A stretch of DNA of 16,064 nt. It comes from Octopus sinensis. Lineage: Eukaryota. Below, piece by piece: positions 1-8,233 of this stretch. Under the pieces are notes generated by a model, which was not told where the DNA came from, searched no databases, and saw nothing but the letters and a program-made list of their open reading frames with translations. How positions within the stretch are numbered: position 1 is the first letter of the stretch; each line of letters begins with the position of its first letter. A program made the position numbers and the translations under genes. The DNA lies in the NCBI RefSeq assembly GCF_006345805.1, contig NW_021825335.1, positions 1 through 16,064 of the forward strand, given 5' to 3'.

Positions 1-263
1 TTCAGAAACGAGAATACTAAAAATGAACCCGACCGCTCTCAAAAGTTAAGTAAAAAGAAAACAGGAAAAATAATCCAGAATCCTTGTCCGATACCGGATC
101 GATCCCAAAATCTAATCAGTTCGGGCCAGTCACGAGGCCAAACATCCATGAAGGTTTCATCCGGATCCAAACAGTGGTTCTTGAGATATCTTGTCCACAA
201 AGAAACTAACAAATAATCGCTACTGAAAACAATACCCCCGCCTTCGCTAAGGCGGAGGTAATA
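1..263 (-). mobile_element. Non-autonomous Helentron-associated (HINE/DINE-1-like) element, copy 1
   Basis: Terminal hairpin tacccccgcctt-cgct-aaggcggaggta (233-260) followed by ataa, a CAAA-like microsatellite remnant, and core cttgagatatcttgtccac. Homologous to 14625-14848 and 805-889. The family call rests on resemblance to DINE-1 architecture (inference). Confidence 0.6.
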
Positions 264-269
264 ATTGAG

Positions 270-428
270 TTCAAATTTTTGCAGAAGGAAAGCTTGGGGA
301 AAGGGATTAAGTCGATTACATCGGCCCCAGTGCGTAACTGGTACTTATTTAATCGACCCCGAAAGGATGAAAGGCAAAGTCGACCATGGCGGAATTTGAA
401 CTCAGAACGTAGCGGCAGGCGAAATACC
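270..428 (-). mobile_element. tRNA-derived SINE family A, 5'-interrupted copy (tail type 3)
   Basis: B-box GTTCAAATTCC on the minus strand (391-401) and body gtcgactttgcctttcatcctttcggggtcgat shared with 429-658, 7336-7553 and 12220-12631. Stops at gaaatacc (428), where another copy's tail begins. Confidence 0.85.
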
Positions 429-658
429 TATTTCTTTACTACCCACAAGGGGCTAAACACAGAGATGACAAACAAGGACAAACAAATGGATTAAGTCGAT
501 TACATCGACCCCAGTGCGTAACTGGTACTTAATTTATCGACCCCGAAAGGATGAAAGGCAAAGTCGACCTCGCCGGAATTTGAACTCGTAACGTAACGGA
601 AGACGAAATACCGCTAAGCATTTCGCCCGGCGTGCTAACGTTTCTGCCAACTCGCCGC
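429..658 (-). mobile_element. tRNA-derived SINE family A, full length (tail type 2)
   Basis: Head ggcgagttggcagaaacgttagcacgccgggcgaaatgcttagc, B-box at 575-585, and tail ...ccttgtgggtagtaaagaaata. The body resembles the Nin-type SINE domain (from memory, unverified). Confidence 0.9.
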
Positions 659-804
659 TGTATTCTAGAAATTAATAATAAAGAAGTTATAAGCAATTAA
701 AGTTATGTAATTTTAGCCAATCGGGGCCTGCAATTAAGTGAACATGTCATGCTTAACATGGTTGCAGGAAATATAACAAGATCTAAAATGTTTTTTCTTT
801 AAAC

Positions 805-889
805 AATCCATCCAGCAGTTCTTGAGGTCCACGGACAAACAAACAAACAGACAAACAAGCGCGACTGAAAACAATACCCCTGCCTTCGC
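805..889 (-). mobile_element. HINE/DINE-1-like element, partial copy
   Basis: ccagcagttcttgag...ccacggacaaacaaacaaacagacaaac...gactgaaaacaatacccctgccttcgc aligns to 175-247; the second hairpin arm is missing. Confidence 0.6.
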
Positions 890-920
890 AATTACAAAAG
901 TACGAACGTTATATATTTGG

Positions 921-1135
921 TCTTTTACTTATTTTAGTCATTAGACTGCGGTCATGCTAGGGCACCGCCTTCAATATTTTAGTCGAATAAATCAACCCCA
1001 GGACTTATTTTAGGCCAGATACTTATTCCGTTAGTCACTTATTGTCGTTAGTCACTTATTGCCGAACCGTTGCAACGTAAACATAACAACACCGAGTGTC
1101 AAGCGGTAGCAGCACAAACGACAAAGGCAAACACG
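921..1135 (-). mobile_element. SINE family B, 3' half
   Basis: Reverse complement aligns to 9110-9291 (ggcggtgc.c.agcatg.ccgcagtc.aatgact.aaa.aagtaaaaga). Contains a 17-bp-period tandem duplication cgttagtcacttattg at 1029-1061. Confidence 0.8.
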
Positions 1136-1251
1136 TATGGATATATTCATATATGTATAGACAAGTGCGGATGGTATTTGAGGACACTTGCATTTTTAGC
1201 CATTATTTTATTTGGCTAATTTTTATTGAACTTCTATTTCAGAAAATAACA

Positions 1252-2223
1252 ATGACAGGCATTATGCTTACTACTGAATTGAAAAGGCATGCTGTGATTG
1301 TGGTTCTGAAGGCTAAGCATGGTGATTTAGGAATTTCAAGCTTTTCTTGAAAGCTGCAAGATCTTTTGTGCACAAGATTCGGTGTGAGTTAGAGAAAGAA
1401 GATGGAAGTGTATTACCTGTATCAAAACATCAAAAGCAACCCAAACGCTATGATTCTATCAGGACACCTGGATTTATTCAGGACATTAAGCAAAACATTG
1501 AAGACAGTCCAGGAAAATCAATGAGATCAACTGCAAAATAAAAGAAAAAACTTTTTGTCAGAAAAAACAATCAGAAATGTTGTGAATGAAGACATCAGAT
1601 ACAACCTCAAGTGATGGAGGTCAATTCATGTCAGAACACCCCACCAAAAAAAACCAAAAAAAAAACCAGTTTAATCAGATCCAAAAGACTTTTGAACAAA
1701 CAAACAATGGTGTGATTTGGTTGACTAAAAAACTAACAGATGTAATGTCAATGGCTATGTGCAGACTCTTCTGAGGTTCCAAGGGTAATGCATGCACAAT
1801 TTTCTGTAAGTGTCACGGTTTCGGGTGTTGTTAGCAACGAAGGACATGTGATACCTCTTCACTTTTTCCCACAAGGCCTTAGGGTGAATGCGGCTGCGTA
1901 TATCGAAGTTCTGGATAAAGTTGTTAAGCCTTGGATCAACAGTGTATGCAATGGAAGGCATTCTATCTTTCAACAAGATCCTACACCATCACACAAGGGT
2001 CGAATGACACAAGAATGGATGACCGACAATTTGCATGATCACATCACCCCCAACATTTGACCCCCTAATTTTCCAGATCTCAATCCACTGGACTACTATG
2101 AATGGTGTCAATGAACACCCCCAAAACACCAAAGATTCTTTGAAAGCCGCCATAGTTCGAGTCAAACGATTTCGACCCCGCGTAGAGGTAAGTTACGATA
2201 CTTTTGGTGGTTTTATTGAATAA
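1252..2223 (+). pseudogene. Decayed Tc1/mariner transposase, DD37D (maT/Bmmar1-like) family
   Basis: Frameshifted fragments MTGIMLTTELKRHAVIVVLKAKHG / ARSFVHKIRCELEK...RTPGFI / GQFMSE / WLCADSSEVPRVMHAQF...GVVSNEGHVIPLHFFPQGLRVNAAAYIEVL..VVKPWI...FQQD...I*PPNFPDLNPLDYY / NTKDSLKAAIVR...GGFIE*. D at 1977-1979 and D at 2091-2093 are 37 codons apart. The first catalytic D (SDE motif) region is deleted. No TIR pair found. Confidence 0.9.
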
Positions 2224-2282
2224 AATCATTAAACTTATAATTTAGCTTTATGTTTATGTTAATTTTTATAAAAATACAATTT

Positions 2283-2849
2283 TCTTCTGGGCCGTCAGAC
2301 CAAGGTGAATTGTAATGGGTAATGCCTGGGAGAAATTCTGAAAGGATATAGAATAAATAGAAGAGAAAAAATAGTAGAAGAGAAAAAATATCGCGAAGCG
2401 AGAGAAATTACGTCCAGCTGTCTGGACGTCCCATCCAAAAAGACGGAAAAACGGGGAAAATGGCATGTAGTTACGTGTAATCAACAGGCAGAAGTGAAGG
2501 GGGCAAGAGAGGAGGAGGGATAGAAACGAAGGGTATGAGAAGGGAAAAGGAAAGAAAGATAGGGATAGCAAAGGGGAGGGAGAAAAAGAAAACGAGGATT
2601 ATAGAGGATTATAGAGGGATTATAGAGGGATCGTGTTCTGTCCTTACCTTCGAAACACGCATTGAGTCGAACCAGGGACAGCTGATGAAGGGGAATATTC
2701 CTTGTATTGCTTGTCTTGTACTCTGTTTTTTTCGTTGTTAAAAAAAGTCCGTTTCCTGGTTTGTTTTTATGTTTTCGTTTCTCGTTGTGTTCTACGTTTA
2801 ATTGTGTGTCTTGTACTCATATAATATATATATATATATAATATATATA

Positions 2850-2888
<39 letters not shown>

Positions 2889-2950
2889 TGTATATATACA
2901 TGTAGATGTAGGTACCTACTATATGTATGTATGCATATATTTTATTTATC
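2283..2950 (+). mobile_element. Interspersed repeat carrying a hammerhead motif, probably a Penelope-like terminal repeat (copy 1)
   Basis: 2652-2950 is homologous to 8234-8480 (gaaac...ggaca.ctgatgaaggg.aat.ttcct, T-rich tract, tcttgtac.catata, tatgcatgtatatatacat). The 5' boundary is approximate. The Penelope assignment is inferred only from the HHR association. Confidence 0.55.
2632..2693 (+). ncRNA. Candidate non-circularly permuted hammerhead ribozyme
   Basis: CUGAUGA 2682-2688; GAAA 2652-2655. Stem III: cgtgt 2632-2636 with acacg 2655-2659. H17 = U2637. Stem I: ctgtcc 2638-2643 with ggacag 2676-2681. Stem II is weak: cttc 2648-2651 with gggg 2690-2693 (2 G-U), after an extra A2689. Confidence 0.6.
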
Positions 2951-3053
2951 AAATTAATAATATATATTATATATATATATATATATAGATATATATATAT
3001 AATATATATATAGTATATTGTATATATATATAGATATATATATTATATATATC

Positions 3054-3085
<32 letters not shown>

Positions 3086-3100
3086 TTACATACATATATT
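2820..3100. repeat. (TA)n microsatellite region, imperfect
   Basis: Direct reading. Confidence 0.95.
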
Positions 3101-3425
3101 CTTCTATTCTTTTACTTGTTTCAGTCATTTGATTGCAGCCACGCTAGAGCACCGCCTTGAAGGTTTTTTTTGTCGAAAAATCAACCCCAGGTCTTATTCT
3201 TTGTAAGCCTAATACTTATTCTATTGGGCTTTTTGCTGAACCGCTAATTTACGGGGGCGTAAACATACCAGCATCGGTTGTCAAGCAATGGCTTCTTTTA
3301 GTTTCCGCCGACCAAATCCACTTACAAAGCTTTGGTCGGCCCGAGGCTATAGTAGAAGATGCTACACAGTGGGAGTGAACCCGGAAGCATGTGGTTGAGA
3401 AACAAGCTTCTGACCACATAGCCAC
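3101..3425 (-). mobile_element. SINE family B, near full length with internal deletions
   Basis: Reverse complement aligns to 8904-9291 but lacks the cttgggcaa segment and the central microsatellite (gaagcc joined directly to attgcttgacaacc). Confidence 0.88.
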
Positions 3426-3800
3426 GCATACACGCATACACACCAATTCAAACAAAGACAAACGTGTATACAGATGGAAACACACACTCGCTTATACTCA
3501 AACGCACACATATACACATATACACAGTATTACACATAAATACACAGAAAGAGGAATGAAAATACAAATTTAAATAAGACTCCTCGTCTGCTCTCATTTT
3601 AGATGAGACTTTGACAAGAAATCTGATCCTTATTTTGAGCAAATCAACCTGACTGATGGACAGGACACTGTCTCCGCCCCTGCCCAGATTTGCTTTTATG
3701 CTTTTGTCATCATTTGATGGAGCTTATCCGATAACAAGCTTTGATATGCATACATACGTATGTTTGTGTGTATTTGTCGTATGTGTGTGTGTGTGTTGAT

Positions 3801-3950
3801 CTCTTATTTGTTTCACTCACTGGACTGCGGCCATGCTGGTGCACCGGCTTGATGGGTTTTAGTCAACTGAATTTGATCCCAGGATTTATTTTTTGAAACC
3901 GAGTACTTACTCTTTCGGACTCATTTGCAGAAGCAAACTTAGAGTAACAT
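3801..3950 (-). mobile_element. SINE family B, degraded 3' fragment
   Basis: tttgtttcactcactggactgcggccatgctggtgcaccg...cccaggatttatt...gagtacttactct matches the family B tail in reverse. Confidence 0.75.
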
Positions 3951-4539
3951 GGTTTACACTGTATTTCGTCTAGAACGCTGTTTATTATTATTAATCCACG
4001 TCCGTTGCATTTTTATGTTATAGTTTTCACTGCACACATACCCTTGCATATACATTTATTTTTTATTCTTATTTTGATATATATTTTTATTTTTTAGTTT
4101 TCGTCTCTCTCACCATTAATATTGTTGATATTATTTCTTCCGTTCACAATTTGGTTTGTAAATTACCAGATTTCCCTTATTGCCTCATTTGTGTTCTCTT
4201 ATTGTATCTTATTCCATTTTTATTTTATTTTATTTTTATCTCATTTTACTTTATCTTATTAAACCTTTTTGATGTCCTCCAAAATATTCTTCACTGTTGA
4301 GAATAACAATGCATAAATTAAATTTTGAATTTTATTTCTATTCTTAATTTTAATATTTTAATTGTTTATTTTCAATTATAATTATAATCCCTATGATTAA
4401 ATTTTTTGCATTATTTTTCGAACGTACGTATGCATTGAATCCAGTTTTATAATAAATCTATTTCTGTTTCAACATCTCTCCATTTTTTTTTATACTTGTT
4501 TAAGGTATATTCTTATACCTATAACGAATCTCCTCAAAT

Positions 4540-4567
4540 ATATATGTATATATATATATATTATATA

Positions 4568-4637
<70 letters not shown>

Positions 4638-4780
4638 CATATATATATATACATGCAAGATATATATGTAAAAATATATATATGTATATACATATATATA
4701 CACACACATATATATATATATATATGTGTGTGTATATATATATATATACTTAGACATATACACACACATACATATGTATG
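4540..4780. repeat. (TA)n/(TG)n/(CA)n compound microsatellite
   Basis: Direct reading; it abuts the family B 3' half and may be its expanded internal microsatellite. Confidence 0.95.
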
Positions 4781-4784
4781 TATT

Positions 4785-4982
4785 TGTGTCTGTTCGTTCT
4801 CCCACCATCTCTTGACAACCTATGTTGGTGTGTTTACATCCCCGTAACTTAAGGGTTCGGTAAAAGAGACCGATAGAATAAGTACTAAGCTTACAAAGAA
4901 TAAGTCCTAGGGTCGATTTGCTCGACTAAAGGCAGTGCTCCAGCATGGCTGCAATCAAATGACTGAAACAAGTAAAAGAGTA
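4785..4982 (+). mobile_element. SINE family B, 3' half
   Basis: cttgacaacc...cccgtaactt..ggttcgg.aaaagagaccgatagaataagtact...aaatgactgaaacaagtaaaagag aligns to 9110-9291. Confidence 0.9.
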
Positions 4983-5008
4983 TAATATATATATATTTAT
5001 ATATATAT

Positions 5009-5324
5009 ATATATTGTATAAAAGATCGTGCGTAAGGCCAAAACAATGCGAAGTAAATGCAAGGTAAATCACAAGAAAACAAATATGTGAATTAATGCAG
5101 ACTTACCTTGTATTCAATATTTCGGGGAAATGACCCCATTTTCAAGAAATTGACGAATGTTGCCGATGTGCAACATTCGTCAATTTCTTGAAAGTGGCGT
5201 CATAACCCTGAAATATTGAATACAAGGTAAGTCTACATTAATTCACATATTTGTTTTCTTGTGATTTACCTTGCATTTACTTCGCATTGTTTTGGCCTTA
5301 CCCATGATCTTTTATACAATATAT
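5009..5324. repeat. Long inverted repeat / palindrome 1 (155-bp arms, 6-nt spacer)
   Basis: Arms 5009-5163 and 5170-5324 pair without indels, with 8 mismatches by manual count (5028, 5031, 5098, 5124, 5128, 5129, 5135, 5139); spacer cgatgt. Confidence 0.95.
5113..5148 (-). ncRNA. Candidate minimal type I hammerhead variant (U3-A8 core)
   Basis: Minus strand reads ttc-UUGAAAA-u-gggg-ucauuu-cccc-GAAA-ua-U-U-gaa. Stem I has only 3 bp, stem II 4 bp, and stem III is the palindrome AUAU. Confidence 0.45.
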
Positions 5325-6139
5325 TCTACAGAATGCTTCACAATAATTATTCCATTATATAGTTGAAATTTACAGAAAAACAAAAGACGAAGACAGGTAT
5401 ATAAATATATATATACACACACATACATATATCCGTTCCACACAAATTCTTCAAGGTGATCCCCCCCCCCCCGCTTGGCCGCAGTCAAACGACTGGAGCG
5501 ATTAAAAGACGCACGATAAAAGACTTACGATTGATTTCCTTATAATTTCCGTTTACCAAAATTCCACTGTGAGGCAGAGGATATATTTTTGAGCAGCAGA
5601 TATGAATCCTATCACACCACAGCCCCAGGAACCCTACACACACGCCCGCATATACACACAAGCACACACACAGGGCTCTCTCCATATGTACTCTGGTTGG
5701 TCAGATCCTATTCAGTGAGATCAAAGAGATTTTGTTCCCACCCTTCCCCCCTGTATCGACTGCAGTGGGCGGATAAAAGAAGGAGTAAAAAAAACAAAAC
5801 AAAACAATAGAAGAGTTGGTCAGTCGTTCAGTATGGGTCAAGAAGGGGTGAGGTGAGGGAGTGAAGGCCCGGACCAACTGCTGTTCGGACGGCGACGCCA
5901 AACTCATCTGGGAACGTCTACAGAATTTATAACATGATGATAAATGACTTGGTCACTCACTGGCCTCTATCTCTTCATCTCTGGCTTTAACTAACACACA
6001 CGCACACACACACACGTACACAGGCACTCACACACACAACACACGCATTCTTTCTCTCTCTCTCTCTCTCTCACTTCTGTCTCACTTCATTTAACCAAAT
6101 TATCCACTCTGTATATCTTATATATCTGTATAGCTATCC

Positions 6140-6149
6140 GGGAATGTTC

Positions 6150-6217
<68 letters not shown>

Positions 6218-6322
6218 ATATTCTATATATATATTTATAGTATGTATATATATATATTATACATATATATAAATATGTATATATAATATGTGTGTATATA
6301 TATATATATGTATGTATGTATG

Positions 6323-6354
<32 letters not shown>

Positions 6355-6430
6355 TATGTATATATGAATATATATACTTACAGGCATATATATACACACA
6401 CATATATATATGTATGTATATATATATATA
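6140..6430. repeat. (TA)n-rich microsatellite region
   Basis: Direct reading. Confidence 0.95.
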
Positions 6431-6544
6431 ACTTAGAACAACTTAGAAAGGTTTGGCAAGTATTGGCCCAGGCCATGTCTAACTTAATAGCACCACTTGG
6501 CGAAGTCTTTCAATTCAGGGTTTGGGCACCAAGGTCCATATATA

Positions 6545-6730
6545 TATGTATATGTATGTATGTATGTATCTATGTATGTATGTATGTATGTATGTATGTA
6601 TGTATGTATGTATGTATGTATGTATGTATGTATGTATGTATGTATGTATCTATGTATGTATGTATGTATGTATGTACGTATGTATGTATGTATGTATGTA
6701 TGTATGTATGTATGTATGTATGTATGTATG
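6545..6730. repeat. (TATG)n tetranucleotide array
   Basis: About 45 near-perfect units; explains the overlapping MYVC / HTYI ORFs. Confidence 0.97.
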
Positions 6731-6765
6731 TGTGTGTGTGTATATATATATATATACATGTATAC

Positions 6766-6927
6766 GCGCAGGAGTGGCAGTGTGCTAAGAATCTTGCTTC
6801 CCAGCCACAGGCTCCCGGTTTCAATCCCATATCGTGGCACTTTTGGGCAAGTGCCAAGCCTCTGGTTGGCCAAAGCCTTGTGAGCGGAATTCGCAGACGG
6901 AAACTGAAGAAAGCCTTCGTATATATG
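6766..6927 (+). mobile_element. SINE family B, 5' half (tRNA-like head plus CORE-like segment)
   Basis: gcgcaggagtggcagtgtgctaag head, B-box-like ggtttcaatccc, ttgggcaagtg, and aaagccttgtgag...ggaaactgaagaaagcc; aligns to 8904-9060. Confidence 0.85.
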
Positions 6928-7001
6928 TTCATATATAATATATATATATATATAGGGAGATGTACTCGCATAGCAAGTGATTTGATCTGATATCGAAACG
7001 A

Positions 7002-7301
7002 AAACAATTGCAGCGTGGAAGGTGTTTGTAAGCCATTTAAGAAACACACAAAAGCCGTTCGATTCACTTCAACAAGTTTAATTTGTCAAAATATTGTCGT
7101 CGCTAAGATCCGAGACCTGATCACTGACAAAAATCCGTGCTGCATCTCCGAGATGCAGCACGGATTTTTGTCAGTGAACAGGTCGCGGTCTTATTGCGAC
7201 GAAAATATTTTGACAAATTAAACTTAAATGTTGAAGTGAATCGAACGGCTTTTGTGTGTTTCTTAAATGGCTTACAAACACCTTCCACGCTGCAATTGTT
7301 T
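7002..7301. repeat. Long palindrome 2 (arms 147 and 152 bp, 1-nt centre at 7149)
   Basis: The outer 72 bp (7002-7073 vs 7230-7301) and inner 28 bp (7121-7148 vs 7150-7177) are perfect. The differences are a 4-nt indel plus 3 substitutions and 2 small indels at 7096-7120. An unpaired 5' extension at 6953-7001 may belong to the element. Confidence 0.95.
7167..7217 (+). ncRNA. Candidate minimal type I hammerhead variant (G3-C8 core)
   Basis: Stem I: tttgtca 7167-7173 with tgacaaa 7211-7217 (7 bp). Core GUGAACA 7174-7180, extra G7181. Stem II: gtcgc 7182-7186 with gcgac 7196-7200. GAAA 7201-7204. Palindromic stem III AAUAUU 7204-7209. H17 = U7210. Confidence 0.7.
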
Positions 7302-7335
7302 ATATATATATATATAGCATTTCGCTAACGTTTCT

Positions 7336-7553
7336 TATTTCTTTATTGCCCACAAGGGGCAAAACATAGAGGGGACAGAGAAACGGATTAAGTCGATTAT
7401 ATCGACCCCAGTATGTAACTGGTACTTATTTAATCGACCCCGAAACGATGAAAGGCAAAGTCGACCTCGGTGAAATTTGAACTCAGAACGTAGCGGCAGA
7501 TGAAATACGCTAAGCATTTCGCCCGGTGTGCTAAAGTTTCTTCCAGCTCGCCG
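7336..7553 (-). mobile_element. SINE family A, full length (tail type 2)
   Basis: Aligns end to end to 429-658. Confidence 0.9.
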
Positions 7554-7725
7554 TCTTTGTACTTGGGAGTATATTCAGGTTGCAAAAGGAATTACTGTGT
7601 CGTTGCTAGCAATTATTTATTTTTCACTCTATTCACCTATTTTCTCATCCATGTATTTATCAGTCGTCTCTACTTACCTTTTCCTTTATAAACTTGTCCT
7701 GCTATATCCTACCTATCTATTAATC

Positions 7726-7726
7726 C

Positions 7727-7822
<96 letters not shown>

Positions 7823-7830
7823 GTCTGTCT
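7726..7830. repeat. (CTAT)n tetranucleotide array
   Basis: Direct reading; explains the LSIY ORF. Confidence 0.97.
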
Positions 7831-7983
7831 ATATACCAATCTATCTGCCATTCTATGGATTTATTTATCCATCTACCTATTTATCTCTCTATTTACATAT
7901 CTGTCCTTCAATCTATCTAACTAAATAACTCTATATCTATTTAATCTCTATATCTATCAATATGTTTATTAATTATCGGTAAT

Positions 7984-8157
7984 CTGGCAAAACGCTTGGC
8001 GGTATTTCGACCGTTCTACCTTCTGAGTTCAAATTCGGACGAAGTTGATTTTGCTTTTCATTCTTTCTTGGTCGTTAAAAATAAGTACCAGTTGAGTATT
8101 GGGGGTCGATGGTAATCGACTTACCCCCTCCCCCGAACTGCCCAAATTTGAAACCAA
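7984..8157 (+). mobile_element. SINE family A, degraded (tail type 3)
   Basis: ctggcaaaacg...gcggtatttcg...ttctgagttcaaattc...aagtaccagtt...ggggtcgatggtaatcgacttaccccctccccc...aaatttgaaacc. Confidence 0.8.
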
Positions 8158-8233
8158 TATGCTTATCAATTGTTAATATCGCCTTTCTCTCTCCCTCTCT
8201 CTCTCTCTACCTATATATATATATATATATATT

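Noticed and set aside
270-658. tRNA genes or CRISPR-like repeat-spacer array suggested by recurring B-box segments
   Set aside because: These are dispersed SINE copies with no cloverleaf, no regular spacing and no cas genes.
1150-2300. Terminal inverted repeats for the maT element
   Set aside because: No matching pair found by eye on the two sides, so only the transposase remnant is reported.
2323-2610. Stop-free frame with REAREI, loosely like a GIY-YIG C-terminus
   Set aside because: The purine-rich sequence lacks stops by composition and the similarity is too short to support.
2652-2693. Conventional type II hammerhead fold
   Set aside because: Local hairpins for stems I and III do not form between GAAA and CUGAUGA; only the permuted pairing with 2632-2643 works.
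3588-3650. Splice-acceptor-like ctctcattttag
   Set aside because: All three frames hit a stop within about 50 nt and there is no donor.
6292-7067. Long overlapping ORFs (232, 187, 165, 128 aa)
   Set aside because: They are translations of (TA)n/(TATG)n arrays plus a SINE, which lack stops; no protein-like content.
7015-7328. Small ORFs on the palindrome
   Set aside because: Mirror-image products of the inverted repeat with no recognisable domain.
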